Source of the DNA: an uncultured Gemmatimonadales bacterium
GTDB taxonomy: Bacteria; Gemmatimonadota; Gemmatimonadetes; Longimicrobiales; Longimicrobiaceae
Direction: 5' to 3'
Assembly (NCBI GenBank): GCA_963701155.1
Contig: OY969570.1
Coordinates: 4,728,333 to 4,792,332, forward strand
DNA length: 64,000 bases
The notes below the pieces were generated by a model. The model had not been told where the DNA came from, did no database searches, and was given only the letters and a program-made list of their open reading frames with translations. Position numbers and translations under genes: made by a program. Shown here piece after piece: positions 41,001 to 50,288 of the stretch; within the stretch, counting starts at the first letter, position 1; every line of letters starts with the position of its first letter.

Positions 41001-41297
41001 CTACGGCACATCACCGGGAAGCACCTCCAGCAGCCGTCGCGTCGCGAGATCTTCCAGCAGCTCCCGGAGATCCGCATCCACCGTGGCGGCATCCACGTCG
41101 TACTCCGCGGTCACGGCGTCGCGCAGCTCGGCCAGGGTGCGCGGCTCGCGCAAAAGCTCCCACACCCGCGCGCCCACCCCGTCCAGCCCGTAGTACACCT
41201 CGTCGGCGAAGTTGAGGATCACCAGCTCCCCCTCCACCGTACACGAGACTTCGTTGCGCGTCGCGCGCAGGCGCGCTCCGGGCGGAAGCTTCGTCAC
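41001..41297 (-). CDS. PqqD-family RiPP recognition element (lasso B1)
   Basis: GELVILN...YYGLDGVGARVWELL...L.AEYDV...DLRELLEDL; GTG start overlaps the upstream stop. Confidence 0.9.
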   Translation of the reverse strand: MTKLPPGARLRATRNEVSCTVEGELVILNFADEVYYGLDGVGARVWELLREPRTLAELRDAVTAEYDVDAATVDADLRELLEDLATRRLLEVLPGDVP

Positions 41298-41920
41298 CGG
41301 CGGCCCGGGCGGCGCGTCGACTTCAGCAGCACGCCCTGCAGCGCGTCGTGGACGGTGAGCAGCTCGGCCGGGGGGGGGGCGAGGACCGCGTCCGGAAGGG
41401 CGCGCAGCAGGGCATGGTATGCCCGGATGGCTTCCCTCCACCGTCCCGCTTCCGGGAACTCGCCGGCATCATCCGGGCACCCGGCGGGAGGGGCATAGAG
41501 CCCATGCAGCGCGTCCGAAAGCCGGCGAGCCTCCTCCTGCGCACGCGGTGCTCCCCGCGACAGCGCACTCGCCACGGCCGCCGCGTCGGCGGAGGGGGTT
41601 CCCAGCAGCAGCGCCAACACGGCGGGGCTCCCCGCGCCCCGCGGGGCGGCGGCCACGCTGTCGGCATACATGCGGGCCGCGGTGCGCACCGTGCATCCCA
41701 CGCCCGCGCTGCGAAAGCGCGTCCCCAACGCGTCGCTGGCGAACAGCGCGTTCACCGAGCGCAGCCCGGGGCCGGCAAAGCTCCCTCCCGCTGCTCCGCT
41801 CCCCGTGGTGTTCGGAAAGGCGATGTCGGACTGGTTCCCGGACTGCGCCGCGGCACGCACCGGGAGGAGGAACACGGCCGCGGCTGGGGCGGCAAGGCAG
41901 AATCGGAGGATCGGGTGCAT
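41294..41920 (-). CDS. Exported hypothetical protein coupled to the RRE gene
   Basis: Signal peptide ending AAA-Q; stop overlaps RRE start (GTGA). Confidence 0.72.
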   Translation of the reverse strand: MHPILRFCLAAPAAAVFLLPVRAAAQSGNQSDIAFPNTTGSGAAGGSFAGPGLRSVNALFASDALGTRFRSAGVGCTVRTAARMYADSVAAAPRGAGSPAVLALLLGTPSADAAAVASALSRGAPRAQEEARRLSDALHGLYAPPAGCPDDAGEFPEAGRWREAIRAYHALLRALPDAVLAPPPAELLTVHDALQGVLLKSTRRPGRR

Positions 41921-41937
41921 CGGTGATGCCTCGCTGC

Positions 41938-43044
41938 TCAGAAGATGTGCGGAATGCGGAAGCCGTACCCCACGGACGCGATCAGCCGTGCGCCGTCGCC
42001 CGCGCTTCCCGTGATGTCCGCCACTCCCACGGTGGCCACCACCGGGACGCGCCGCACGGGGCGGACCGAGACGGCGGCGTACAGGTCCTGCCCGGTCCAA
42101 TCGGCGCTCAGGGAGACGGGCTCCGCGACCCGCACGCCCACCGCGCCGAACACGTTCACCGTTTCCCGGCCCGCGACGACGTCCTCCTCGCTGCGGAAGC
42201 GGCCGTTCCCGATTCCCAGCGTCAGTGCGGCGGACGAGAAGAGCGCGGACGATGCCTTTCTCAGTTGCAGGAGGCGCGTGGCGGCTCCGTACACGCTGAC
42301 TCCCGCGTCCGTCCGTCCCCAGCGGACCCCGTTCTCCACCCCGACGGCAACCGCCAGATCGCGACCGAACGCGCGATGCACTTTGGCGCTGAGCGAGCCG
42401 TCGGAGAACGGGCCGCCGTCGTGCACGGTGGCGTACGAAGTCGCCGCGAGCTCCACCGCCACGAAGCGGTCACGGTCGCCCAGCCCCACGCCCAACACGA
42501 GCGCGCCGTCCTGAAGGTCGGTGTAGCGGGTACGCGCCTGGTACGCGCCCCCCGCGAATGCTTCGCCGCCGTGCAGGGCAAACGCGGTCGGTGAGCTCAC
42601 ACTGGCTCCGGGAACGGCGATCACTCGCTCGCGCAGGGGCAGCAGCGCCAGCCGGCTCCTCCACTCCTGAGGGCTCAGCGAGGGGATCTCCTCGCGCGTC
42701 ACCGCGCTCTCCACGGGGCGAGTGGCCGCGGCGGGCGCGGCGGGCGCGGCGGGCGCGGCGGGTGCGGCGGGCGCAGCGGGTGCGGCGGGTGCGGCGGGTG
42801 CGGCGGGTGCGGCGGGTGCGGCGGGTGCGGCGGGTGCAGCGGGCGCGGCGGGTGCAGCCGGGGGAAGCGGCGCGACCTCGCCGCTCCCACGCTGCTTCCG
42901 GACCGGCATCCCCGGTCTCCTCGCGGCTGGGCGGGCCACGGCGGTATCGCTCCCGCTCGGCAGCGGCCGCTGCTGGGATTCCAGGCACGTGTGCCCGGCC
43001 AGGACGAGCGTGGTCAGGAGAAGACCCGTACGGTGCGAGAGCAT
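41938..43044 (-). CDS. Probable outer-membrane beta-barrel protein with Pro-Ala linker
   Basis: Signal-like N-terminus, (PAA)n linker, alternating beta strands, terminal aromatic end [10 protein letters not shown]. Confidence 0.68.
   Translation of the reverse strand: MLSHRTGLLLTTLVLAGHTCLESQQRPLPSGSDTAVARPAARRPGMPVRKQRGSGEVAPLPPAAPAAPAAPAAPAAPAAPAAPAAPAAPAAPAAPAAPAAPAAPAAATRPVESAVTREEIPSLSPQEWRSRLALLPLRERVIAVPGASVSSPTAFALHGGEAFAGGAYQARTRYTDLQDGALVLGVGLGDRDRFVAVELAATSYATVHDGGPFSDGSLSAKVHRAFGRDLAVAVGVENGVRWGRTDAGVSVYGAATRLLQLRKASSALFSSAALTLGIGNGRFRSEEDVVAGRETVNVFGAVGVRVAEPVSLSADWTGQDLYAAVSVRPVRRVPVVATVGVADITGSAGDGARLIASVGYGFRIPHIF
42728..42862. repeat. 9-bp tandem repeat, about 15 units (GCRGCGGGY), encoding PAA
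   Basis: Counted directly in the sequence. Confidence 0.9.
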
Positions 43045-43213
43045 GTGGATGGCGGATGACGGAGGGAGCTGCGCAGGGCACGGAAGTCATTGGCGCACCG
43101 GCGAATATGGTTCCATTGGAGGCGTGGGGCAAGGGAACTCGCTGGACGGCGCGGGGGGAGCGCCGATACCTTGCGCATCCCTTCGTCCTCCCCACCGCAA
43201 TCCGGGAAATAGA

Positions 43214-43828
43214 ATGCACCGCGCGCTCACCGCGTTCTTTGTGCTGGCCCTCGCGGCCCTTCCCGCGCGCGCCGCAGCACAGTCGGTCTCCCCCGACACC
43301 ATCTTCGTGCGGCCCGGCGACGCCATCCAGCTCGCCGTGTGGCGCCAGCCCGAGCTGTCCGGCGAGTTCCCCGTGGGTTCGGACGGGACGATCCAGCACC
43401 CGCTGCTCAGCTCCATCGCCGTGGCGGGCGTCCCGCGCTCCGTCATCCGCGAGCGGCTCACGCAAGCTCTCTCGCGATTGGACCGGGAGCCCCACTTCGT
43501 TTTCGACTTCCGCTACCGAGTCGCGGTGGGAGGTGACGTGCGGCTCCCCGGCCTCTATCGCATCGCCCCGCAGACCACCGTGGGCGAAGCAATCGCCACG
43601 GCTGGGGGAGCCAACGCCAGCGCACGGCTGGATCGCGTGATCCTCGCGCGCGCCGGCAGCCAGATCGTGGTGAACTTGCGAGATTCGGACGCGGCCGCCT
43701 ACTCCGTCCCGCTTCGCTCCGGCGACGAGATCCGGGTTCCCCGCGCGCGCGTCATCCTTCGCGACATCATCGGCCCGTTGGCCGCCGTGGTCGGAGCCAT
43801 GGGCGCGGTCGTCTCCCTCTTCCGATAG
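43214..43828 (+). CDS. wza: Polysaccharide export protein (Poly_export + SLBB, short Wza-like)
   Basis: RPGDAIQLAVWRQPELSGEFPV..DGTIQHPLL, VGGDVRLPGLY, LRSGDEIRVP, C-terminal amphipathic helix. Confidence 0.85.
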   Translation: MHRALTAFFVLALAALPARAAAQSVSPDTIFVRPGDAIQLAVWRQPELSGEFPVGSDGTIQHPLLSSIAVAGVPRSVIRERLTQALSRLDREPHFVFDFRYRVAVGGDVRLPGLYRIAPQTTVGEAIATAGGANASARLDRVILARAGSQIVVNLRDSDAAAYSVPLRSGDEIRVPRARVILRDIIGPLAAVVGAMGAVVSLFR

Positions 43829-44190
43829 CGTGCGCCCGATTGGGACCGGGGTTCCTCCCCATGCTTCCTCGGGCAGCGATGTCGGCTTGGATTAGCAGAG
43901 GGGGCCAGCCGAACCGCACACAGGCGGATCAGGGGCGCACCTGCGCCGCGGCCTGCCCGCCGCGGAGCGCTCCCTCAGCGCAATCGGTACTCGGGGCTGG
44001 TGAGAAGAGACGGCGGGGCAGAACAGGTTCTACCTGCACGCGAACGCAGTTCATGGTGCGCCTGCTCGGCTACCCCTCCGGCTTCTGGCGCGCGCACATC
44101 GCCCAGGAAGGCGAGTGACTTCGACACGCTCGGGCGGGGGAGCAAGCCCTACCCTGCTCCCCCTGATGAAACCCCTTCGAGGATTTTCAC

Positions 44191-44586
44191 ATGAGCATCC
44201 CGGACGCGTGTCGCCCGCTGGTAGCGATGGCCGACGACGATGAGATGCACGCCACGTGGGTGGAGCTGTGGCTCGACATGCACGGTTTCGACGTCGTGCG
44301 CTTCGGGACGGGCGACGCGCTGCTGCAGTGGGCGGCCGACGCGGCGCGAGGGCGCGGCGCTCCGGTGCACGCCGTGCTGCTCGACGTGGAGATGCCGGGC
44401 CGCGACGGTTTCGCGACCCACGCCGAACTCCGCAAACTCGAGCGTTTCACGGGAACCCCGATCCTGTTCGTGAGCGGGATGTCTCCGGACCAACTTTCGA
44501 TCCGAGCCGGCTCGGTGTCAGAGCCCGCGATGCAAAAGGGCGCGGACCTGCTCCCTCGTCTCACGGAGTGGCTCAGAGCATGTTAG
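44191..44586 (+). CDS. Single-domain response regulator (CheY-like)
   Basis: ADDD, LLDVEMPGRDG phospho-acceptor, FVSG, QKG. Confidence 0.88.
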   Translation: MSIPDACRPLVAMADDDEMHATWVELWLDMHGFDVVRFGTGDALLQWAADAARGRGAPVHAVLLDVEMPGRDGFATHAELRKLERFTGTPILFVSGMSPDQLSIRAGSVSEPAMQKGADLLPRLTEWLRAC

Positions 44587-44871
44587 TCCAACCGTTTCGT
44601 TGTCGTCGAGCCCGTGTTCGGCAGTGACACTTCCGAGCTCGGGTCTGGTGCTGTCGTCACCAGTAGTGTCCGCGGGTGGGTGGCCAGGCTGGGTGAAAGT
44701 CGATTGCGGCGGTAGGGATAAGCCTGCGTCCGGGTACTTTTCCTTCAGCTTACGAGCGGTACGGCGCGCGACCTGTTTCTTCGAGACGTTGGAGTCGAAC
44801 GTGATCTCAAGAAGAACTTCCAGCGCACACTCCTTCACTTTCGGGGGCAAAGAGACATTCACTGGCTCCAT
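44518..44871 (-). CDS. Possible hypothetical protein in an A/T-richer patch
   Basis: ORF only; overlaps the regulator 3' end and has no clear RBS. Confidence 0.25.
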   Translation of the reverse strand: MEPVNVSLPPKVKECALEVLLEITFDSNVSKKQVARRTARKLKEKYPDAGLSLPPQSTFTQPGHPPADTTGDDSTRPELGSVTAEHGLDDNETVGLTCSEPLRETREQVRALLHRGL

Positions 44872-45173
44872 TCAACGCAACCCCATGATTGCAACAACAT
44901 ACGCGTTGTCCCTTTGGGTTAGTGACTGTCCCGGACGTGTAAATGTTGGATGTCTGCGCGCACATGCTTTTGCCACACAACCATTTACGATTTTGATACG
45001 TCGGGCTGAGACGCGCCCGGCATCTAATCTGACGAACCTCCGGAGTGGACGGGTACAAGCTGAGGGGCGCCCCCTGCAATCTGGAGGCTGCCCCCCGGCT
45101 TATGTGTTGTGGCAGACTAGGTGGTTCCCCCTGGCAAGGTTGTGGCAAACTAGAATGGTTCCCTACACCCACG

Positions 45174-46307
45174 TCATGCGCCCAGCCGCGCGACCTTGAA
45201 GAGCGGCAGGTAGATGCCGAACACCAGCGTCGCCACAAGGCCGAAGACGAGGAGGATCAGGACCGGCTCGATCAGCTTGGCGGCGGTGTCCACCTCTTCG
45301 AGGACGAACTCCTCGTAGTACTCGGCGAGGAGCTCCATCTGCTCGGGGAGGGTGCCGCCCGTCTCGCCGACGCCGGTGCTGGAGAGGACCTCGGCGGGGA
45401 TAGCGCGCGTGCGCTCCAGCGCTTCCTCCACCCGCATCCCGGCCCCCACGTCCGCGGCGGCGGAGCGGATCGCATCGGCCAGGTGGTGGTTGCCCAGCGT
45501 GTCCGCCGACATGCGCATGGCGGACGAGACGCCTACGCCGCCGAAGAGCATGGTGCTGAGCATCCGGCAGTACTGAGCCATCGCCCCGCCCTCGGCCAGC
45601 GGCCCGACCACGGGAACCTTTACCAGGTAACGGTCCGTGGCGCGCCGGATTCGCGGACGCGCGTAGAGCCGCGCGAGCCCCATCCCGGCTCCGGCGGCCA
45701 CGAGCAGGACGCCGGGCCCCAGCCGCGTCGCGGTGGCGGACGCCCACAGGAGGGAGCGCGTGACGGCGGGAAGCTCCACCCCCGCGTCGGCGAAGATGCT
45801 CGCGAACTGCGGCATGATCCGGGTGAGCATGTACCAACCCACCAGCCCCAGCGCCACGAGCACGAACACGGGGTAGATGGCGGCCGACCTGATCTTCGCC
45901 CGCACCTGCTGCGTGCGGTGAAGCGCCGTGCCCATGCGCTTCAGCACCACGTCCAGCGAGCCGGTGCGCTCGCCCACGGCGACGCTCGCCACGTAGCTGG
46001 GCGGGAAGACTTTCGGGTGCTCCTCCATGGCGTCGGCGAGCGTGCTCCCCGACTGGACACGTACGGTGATCTGGTCCACCACCCGGCGCAGCGCCTTCTG
46101 CGCCAGCCGGCGGCGGAGCACCGCGAGCGCGCCCGCCGGCGTCAGCCCGCTGTGGAGGAGCGAGGCCAGCCGGCGCGTGAAGAGCATCATCTGCTTCTTC
46201 GGCACCCGCCCGCCGCCGAGCTCCAGCGCCAGGAACCTGCGCAGCGCCGGCGGCGCCGAGATGGCGGCCATACCGCTCCGTTTCCGAGTGTGAGCCGCGA
46301 CGTTCAT
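45174..46307 (-). CDS. pilC: Type II secretion/type IV pilus platform protein (GspF/PilC)
   Basis: FTRRLASLLHSG, GERTGSLD, AAIYP, GETGGTL, IEPVLI, IYLPLF; ATGA overlap with PilB stop. Confidence 0.92.
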   Translation of the reverse strand: MNVAAHTRKRSGMAAISAPPALRRFLALELGGGRVPKKQMMLFTRRLASLLHSGLTPAGALAVLRRRLAQKALRRVVDQITVRVQSGSTLADAMEEHPKVFPPSYVASVAVGERTGSLDVVLKRMGTALHRTQQVRAKIRSAAIYPVFVLVALGLVGWYMLTRIMPQFASIFADAGVELPAVTRSLLWASATATRLGPGVLLVAAGAGMGLARLYARPRIRRATDRYLVKVPVVGPLAEGGAMAQYCRMLSTMLFGGVGVSSAMRMSADTLGNHHLADAIRSAAADVGAGMRVEEALERTRAIPAEVLSSTGVGETGGTLPEQMELLAEYYEEFVLEEVDTAAKLIEPVLILLVFGLVATLVFGIYLPLFKVARLGA

Positions 46308-48073
46308 CCCTGCATCGTCTCCCGCGTCACCTCCGCCAGCGTCGTCTCCCCCGCCCGCATCCGCTCGATCCCCGCCTGGCGCAGCGTCGTCATCCCCTCC
46401 GCCACGGCGAGCGCGCGCAGCTCGGCGCCGGGGCGGCGCGCCACGATCGCATCCCGCAGCGCCGGTGACAGCGGCATCATCTCGAATACACCGATCCGCC
46501 CGAAGTAGCCGCTGCGGTTGCAGTACGAGCACCCCGCCCCCGCGCGGAAGGGGATCTCCGCAGCTTCCGCGCGCGCAAGGCCGGCGCGGCTGAGCTCGTG
46601 CGCGGACGGAGCGTACTCCCCGCGGCAGCGGGGACAGATCCGGCGCACGAGGCGCTGCGCCACGACGAGCGAGAGGGCGTCCACGAGGTTGTACGGCTCG
46701 ATGCCGATGTCCAGCAGGCGCGCCACGGTAGAGGGCGCGTCGTTGGTGTGGAGGGTGGAGAGGAGCAGGTGCCCCGTCATCGCGGCCTTGACCGCGGTGC
46801 CGGCGGTCTCCGCGTCGCGGATCTCGCCCACCATGATGACGTCGGGGTCCTGGCGGAGGATGGAGCGGAGCGCGGTGGCGAACGTCATCCCCGTGCTCGC
46901 GCCCACGGAGGTCTGCCGGATGCCGCGGATCTTCCGCTCCACCGGGTCCTCGATGGTGATGATGCTGCGCGCCGGATCGTTCAGGTGATCGAGCGCGGCG
47001 TAGAGCGTGGTGGACTTGCCGGAACCCGTGGGGCCCGTCACCAGAATCATCCCCTGCGGGCGCTCGACGGCCTCGGCGAAAACGGTGTGATCGCGCCCCG
47101 CCATCCCGACGCTCGACAGCTCCACCGGCGTCTGGGCGCGGGCCAGAACGCGGAGGACGGCGTGCTCGCACCCCCAGTCGGTGGGGAGGGTGGAGACGCG
47201 CAGCTCCACCTCGGCTCCGTCTTCCAGCACGTGCTTCATCCGCCCGTCTTCCGGGATGCGGTCCTGCGCCGAGTTCAGGCCTGACAGCACCTTGATGCGG
47301 TTGACGATCTCGCGTCCCCAGGTGGGGTCCAGCTCCCGCGCCACCACGAGCTGCCCGTCGATGCGGTAGCGGATGCGGCCCTGGTGGTCAAAGAACTCGA
47401 AGTGCACGTCGGATGCGCGCTTCTTGACGGCGTCTTCGATGAACGCCTCCACCATGCGCGGCACCTGCGCGCCGCGCACCGCGTTCTCGATCTCGTCGGA
47501 GATGCTGGCCCGGGCGCGCACCCGCGCTCCGCTCCGCTGCGCCTCGCCCATGACGCGGTGGAGCTTGTCTGCCCCCGCGTACGCGGTGCGCAGCAGGGTG
47601 TCGAGCGAGTGGTCGTCCGCCAGGAGCGGCACGGGCGAGAGCCCGGTGATGTCGCGGATGCGGCTCAGCGAGGCGAGGTCGTACGGGTCCCCGTTGGCCA
47701 CCCACAGGTCGCGCCCCTCCACGCGCAGCGGGACCACGCGGAGCTGCCGCGCCGTCTCCCCGTCGATCAGCTCGAGGACGCCGCGGTGGGGGCGCTCGGC
47801 GGCCAGGCTCACCGTCTCCACTCCGAACACCCGCCCCAGCACCTCCAGCGCGCGGCCCACGGTAAGGCGTTCCATCTCCACCAGGTGGAAGATGGCGCTG
47901 CGCCGCTCGCGGTCCGCCGCCGCCGCCTGGTACGCCTCGTCCACGTCGCGCGGCGCCAGCTCCCCGGCCTCCAGCAGCGGGCGGACGATGCGGTCCTGGA
48001 TCGCACCCTCGCGCTCGCGCTGGCCGGCACGGGACAGCTCGGTGGCTTCGAGCGTGGGCGGTTCGCCGTGCAT
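46304..48073 (-). CDS. pilB: Type IV pilus/T2SS assembly ATPase (PilB/GspE); in frame with the upstream SLT
   Basis: ASDVHFE, RYRIDG, PEDGR, GPTGSGKST, TIEDPVE, RQDPDVIMVGEIRD, CPRC...CSYC. Internal ATG 48073 would give 589 aa. Confidence 0.92.
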   Translation of the reverse strand: MHGEPPTLEATELSRAGQREREGAIQDRIVRPLLEAGELAPRDVDEAYQAAAADRERRSAIFHLVEMERLTVGRALEVLGRVFGVETVSLAAERPHRGVLELIDGETARQLRVVPLRVEGRDLWVANGDPYDLASLSRIRDITGLSPVPLLADDHSLDTLLRTAYAGADKLHRVMGEAQRSGARVRARASISDEIENAVRGAQVPRMVEAFIEDAVKKRASDVHFEFFDHQGRIRYRIDGQLVVARELDPTWGREIVNRIKVLSGLNSAQDRIPEDGRMKHVLEDGAEVELRVSTLPTDWGCEHAVLRVLARAQTPVELSSVGMAGRDHTVFAEAVERPQGMILVTGPTGSGKSTTLYAALDHLNDPARSIITIEDPVERKIRGIRQTSVGASTGMTFATALRSILRQDPDVIMVGEIRDAETAGTAVKAAMTGHLLLSTLHTNDAPSTVARLLDIGIEPYNLVDALSLVVAQRLVRRICPRCRGEYAPSAHELSRAGLARAEAAEIPFRAGAGCSYCNRSGYFGRIGVFEMMPLSPALRDAIVARRPGAELRALAVAEGMTTLRQAGIERMRAGETTLAEVTRETMQG

Positions 48074-49075
48074 CGTGGAATCCGGCTGGAGAAGGGGGAG
48101 ACGTACGAGCCAGCGGCGCCCCGGCGGCGTCTGCCCGCGCACCAGGTGGGGGTTGAGGGCGGCGACGTGGGCTACCGGCACCCCGGCCCAGCGCGCCACC
48201 TGCCCCAATCCCGTACCGCCGGAGACCAGCACTTCGCGGTACGCGAGCGGTGCGTCGCCGGTGGCCGAGAAGCCGAACGCGGCCGGGTCGCGGGCGATGC
48301 GCGCCGCGGCGAGGAGCCGCGGGACGTACTCTCGCGTCTCCCGCGGGAGGTGAGGGCGGACGCGCCAGTAGAGAAGGTCCCCGCGCCCGCCGCCGCCGTG
48401 GAGGCGCACCGCGCGCTCCACGCACCCCGCGCCGCAGTTGTACGCGGCCAGCGCCAGGTGCCAACTGCCCACCCTGTCCCGCAGGTCGCGGAGGTGGCGC
48501 GCCGCGGCCCGCGAGGCGCGCACGGGATCGCGCCGCTCGTCCACCCAGGGTCCCACTTCGAGCCCGTACCCGCGCGCGGTCGCCGGCATGAACTGCCACA
48601 CCCCGGCGGCGCCCGCGCGGCTGGTCGCCGCGGGCCGGTAGCTGGACTCCACCAGCGCCAGGTAGAGCAGGTCACGCGGTATCCCCTCCCGCGCGAGAGG
48701 CACGCGGATCACCTGCTCCAGGTGCCGCATCCGCTCCAGGGCGCGCCGGGTCTCTTCGCGATACGGGGGCGAGGTCGCCAGCCGCAGCGTCCATTCGTCC
48801 ACCTCGCCCGCGGGCGTGCGGGTTCCGCCGTGCGCCAGCCGCGCCCTGACTGATCCCAGCGACTCCCAGCGCACCGCGACAACGCGCAACGGCCTTCGGC
48901 CCTCCGGCTCCTGGGCGGTGATCAGCTCGGGCAACTCCACACTGCCCGACACCGAGCTCACCCGCCAGCTCGCGAGCCCGCCGGAGAGCGCAAGCACCAC
49001 GAGGAGCATCGCCCACAGTCTGCCCGGCACACCCGGCGGTGCCGCGAACCCGCTCGATCTGCGCTCTGTCTGCAT
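48074..49075 (-). CDS. MltD-like lytic transglycosylase (SLT + LysM-like); no stop before pilB
   Basis: TM/signal segment, LALVESS, AAGVWQFMP, DERRDP, LAAYNCG, ETREYVP, AALNPHL. Confidence 0.85.
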
Positions 49076-49328
49076 CGGAACCGGTGGAGGAGGTGCGCGC
49101 GCCGACACTGGACTCGCTACATACGAGATACCCCGGGTGCGGGAATGCGGCTCCCGGCAACCGCGATTTGCGGTGAACACGGCCAGGGTGAGAACGGCTT
49201 GGCTACGGCGATGACTGCTTTGGAGCGCGGAGGGGGTTTGGCGACGACGGAGGTGCCGATCCGGGGTATCTACAAGGAGGGACATCGAAGATCCCGGACA
49301 CAGCTCTCCCGTCATCCCGCACCGCGCC

Positions 49329-50288
49329 GTGCCCGAGACCAGGCGAATCGACAACACCCGTCCCGCACACACCGCCGTCTGGGTAGCCGCCCTCCTGATC
49401 GCGGCGTTCCTGGGCGTCGCGCTGGGTGCCGCCGCGCCCGCCCGAGTCGCCGTGACTCCGCCGCCCGGCGCGACTGCGCTCGCCGCGCAGCGCCCGGCCG
49501 CAGCTCGCGCGGCACGCGTGCCGCAGGTACCGGCGGAGCCTGGGCGCGGGTACGTGCCCATCAGCGAAGAGCCGGAGCTCGGCGCGGCGCCGGCCTTTCC
49601 GGTGGCCGCGGGGGTTGAAGCGAGCGAACCGGCTGCGGCCGAGCCCCGGCGCGAGCGTGCCGTGGGGGTGTCCCTTCAGCGCGCGAGCGGCCCGCCGCTG
49701 CTGGCCGTGCGGCGGGGAAGCGGGCGGATCGTGTTCCACGCGCTCGAGCGGGCGGGCACCGACGGGGCTGGGCTCGAGGGGGAATGGGCGGTCGCCGGAG
49801 AGTGCGGGGAGCGGCTGCGGCTGGACCTGGCGCAGCCCGCGCGCGGCGCCGGCGCTCCCCGCGGCGTCGGAGGGGAGCTGTCCTCTTCCGGCGGCTGGCG
49901 GACGGCGGTCGCGATCCCGGTACAGGAATGCGCTGCCAGGCGGGTCCTCATCGGGCGCTCCCCGACACCCGTGGACCGGGAGCGCTTCTCCGGATTCTCG
50001 AGCGACGAGCTGAGGCAGGTGGCCACGACGGAAGGCGCGGCGTGGCTCGTCTTCGGCGGGCCCGGGAGGAGCCGGGCAGCGGTGGTGGTTCGGCGGGACG
50101 GGGCATGGCGGGAGGCGTGGTCGCGCGAGACGGACGGGATGCAGGAGATCCTTGCCGTCCTGCGTCGCGGCGACGATTGGGAAGGGTTGTTCGTGACCCT
50201 CCGCGGAGACACGCCGGATGCGCTCCAGCGCGTACGGGTCAGCGGTGGCGGCGCCCATCCCGACGCGCCCGCGTCGCTCCGCGGATGA
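49329..50288 (+). CDS. Hypothetical membrane-anchored protein
   Basis: N-terminal hydrophobic helix; first gene of a coupled run. Confidence 0.6.
   Translation: MPETRRIDNTRPAHTAVWVAALLIAAFLGVALGAAAPARVAVTPPPGATALAAQRPAAARAARVPQVPAEPGRGYVPISEEPELGAAPAFPVAAGVEASEPAAAEPRRERAVGVSLQRASGPPLLAVRRGSGRIVFHALERAGTDGAGLEGEWAVAGECGERLRLDLAQPARGAGAPRGVGGELSSSGGWRTAVAIPVQECAARRVLIGRSPTPVDRERFSGFSSDELRQVATTEGAAWLVFGGPGRSRAAVVVRRDGAWREAWSRETDGMQEILAVLRRGDDWEGLFVTLRGDTPDALQRVRVSGGGAHPDAPASLRG

Noticed and set aside
42728-42862. Tandem repeats here and at 53278-53362 as a CRISPR array or RiPP cassette
   Set aside because: No spacers; they are in-frame low-complexity linkers.
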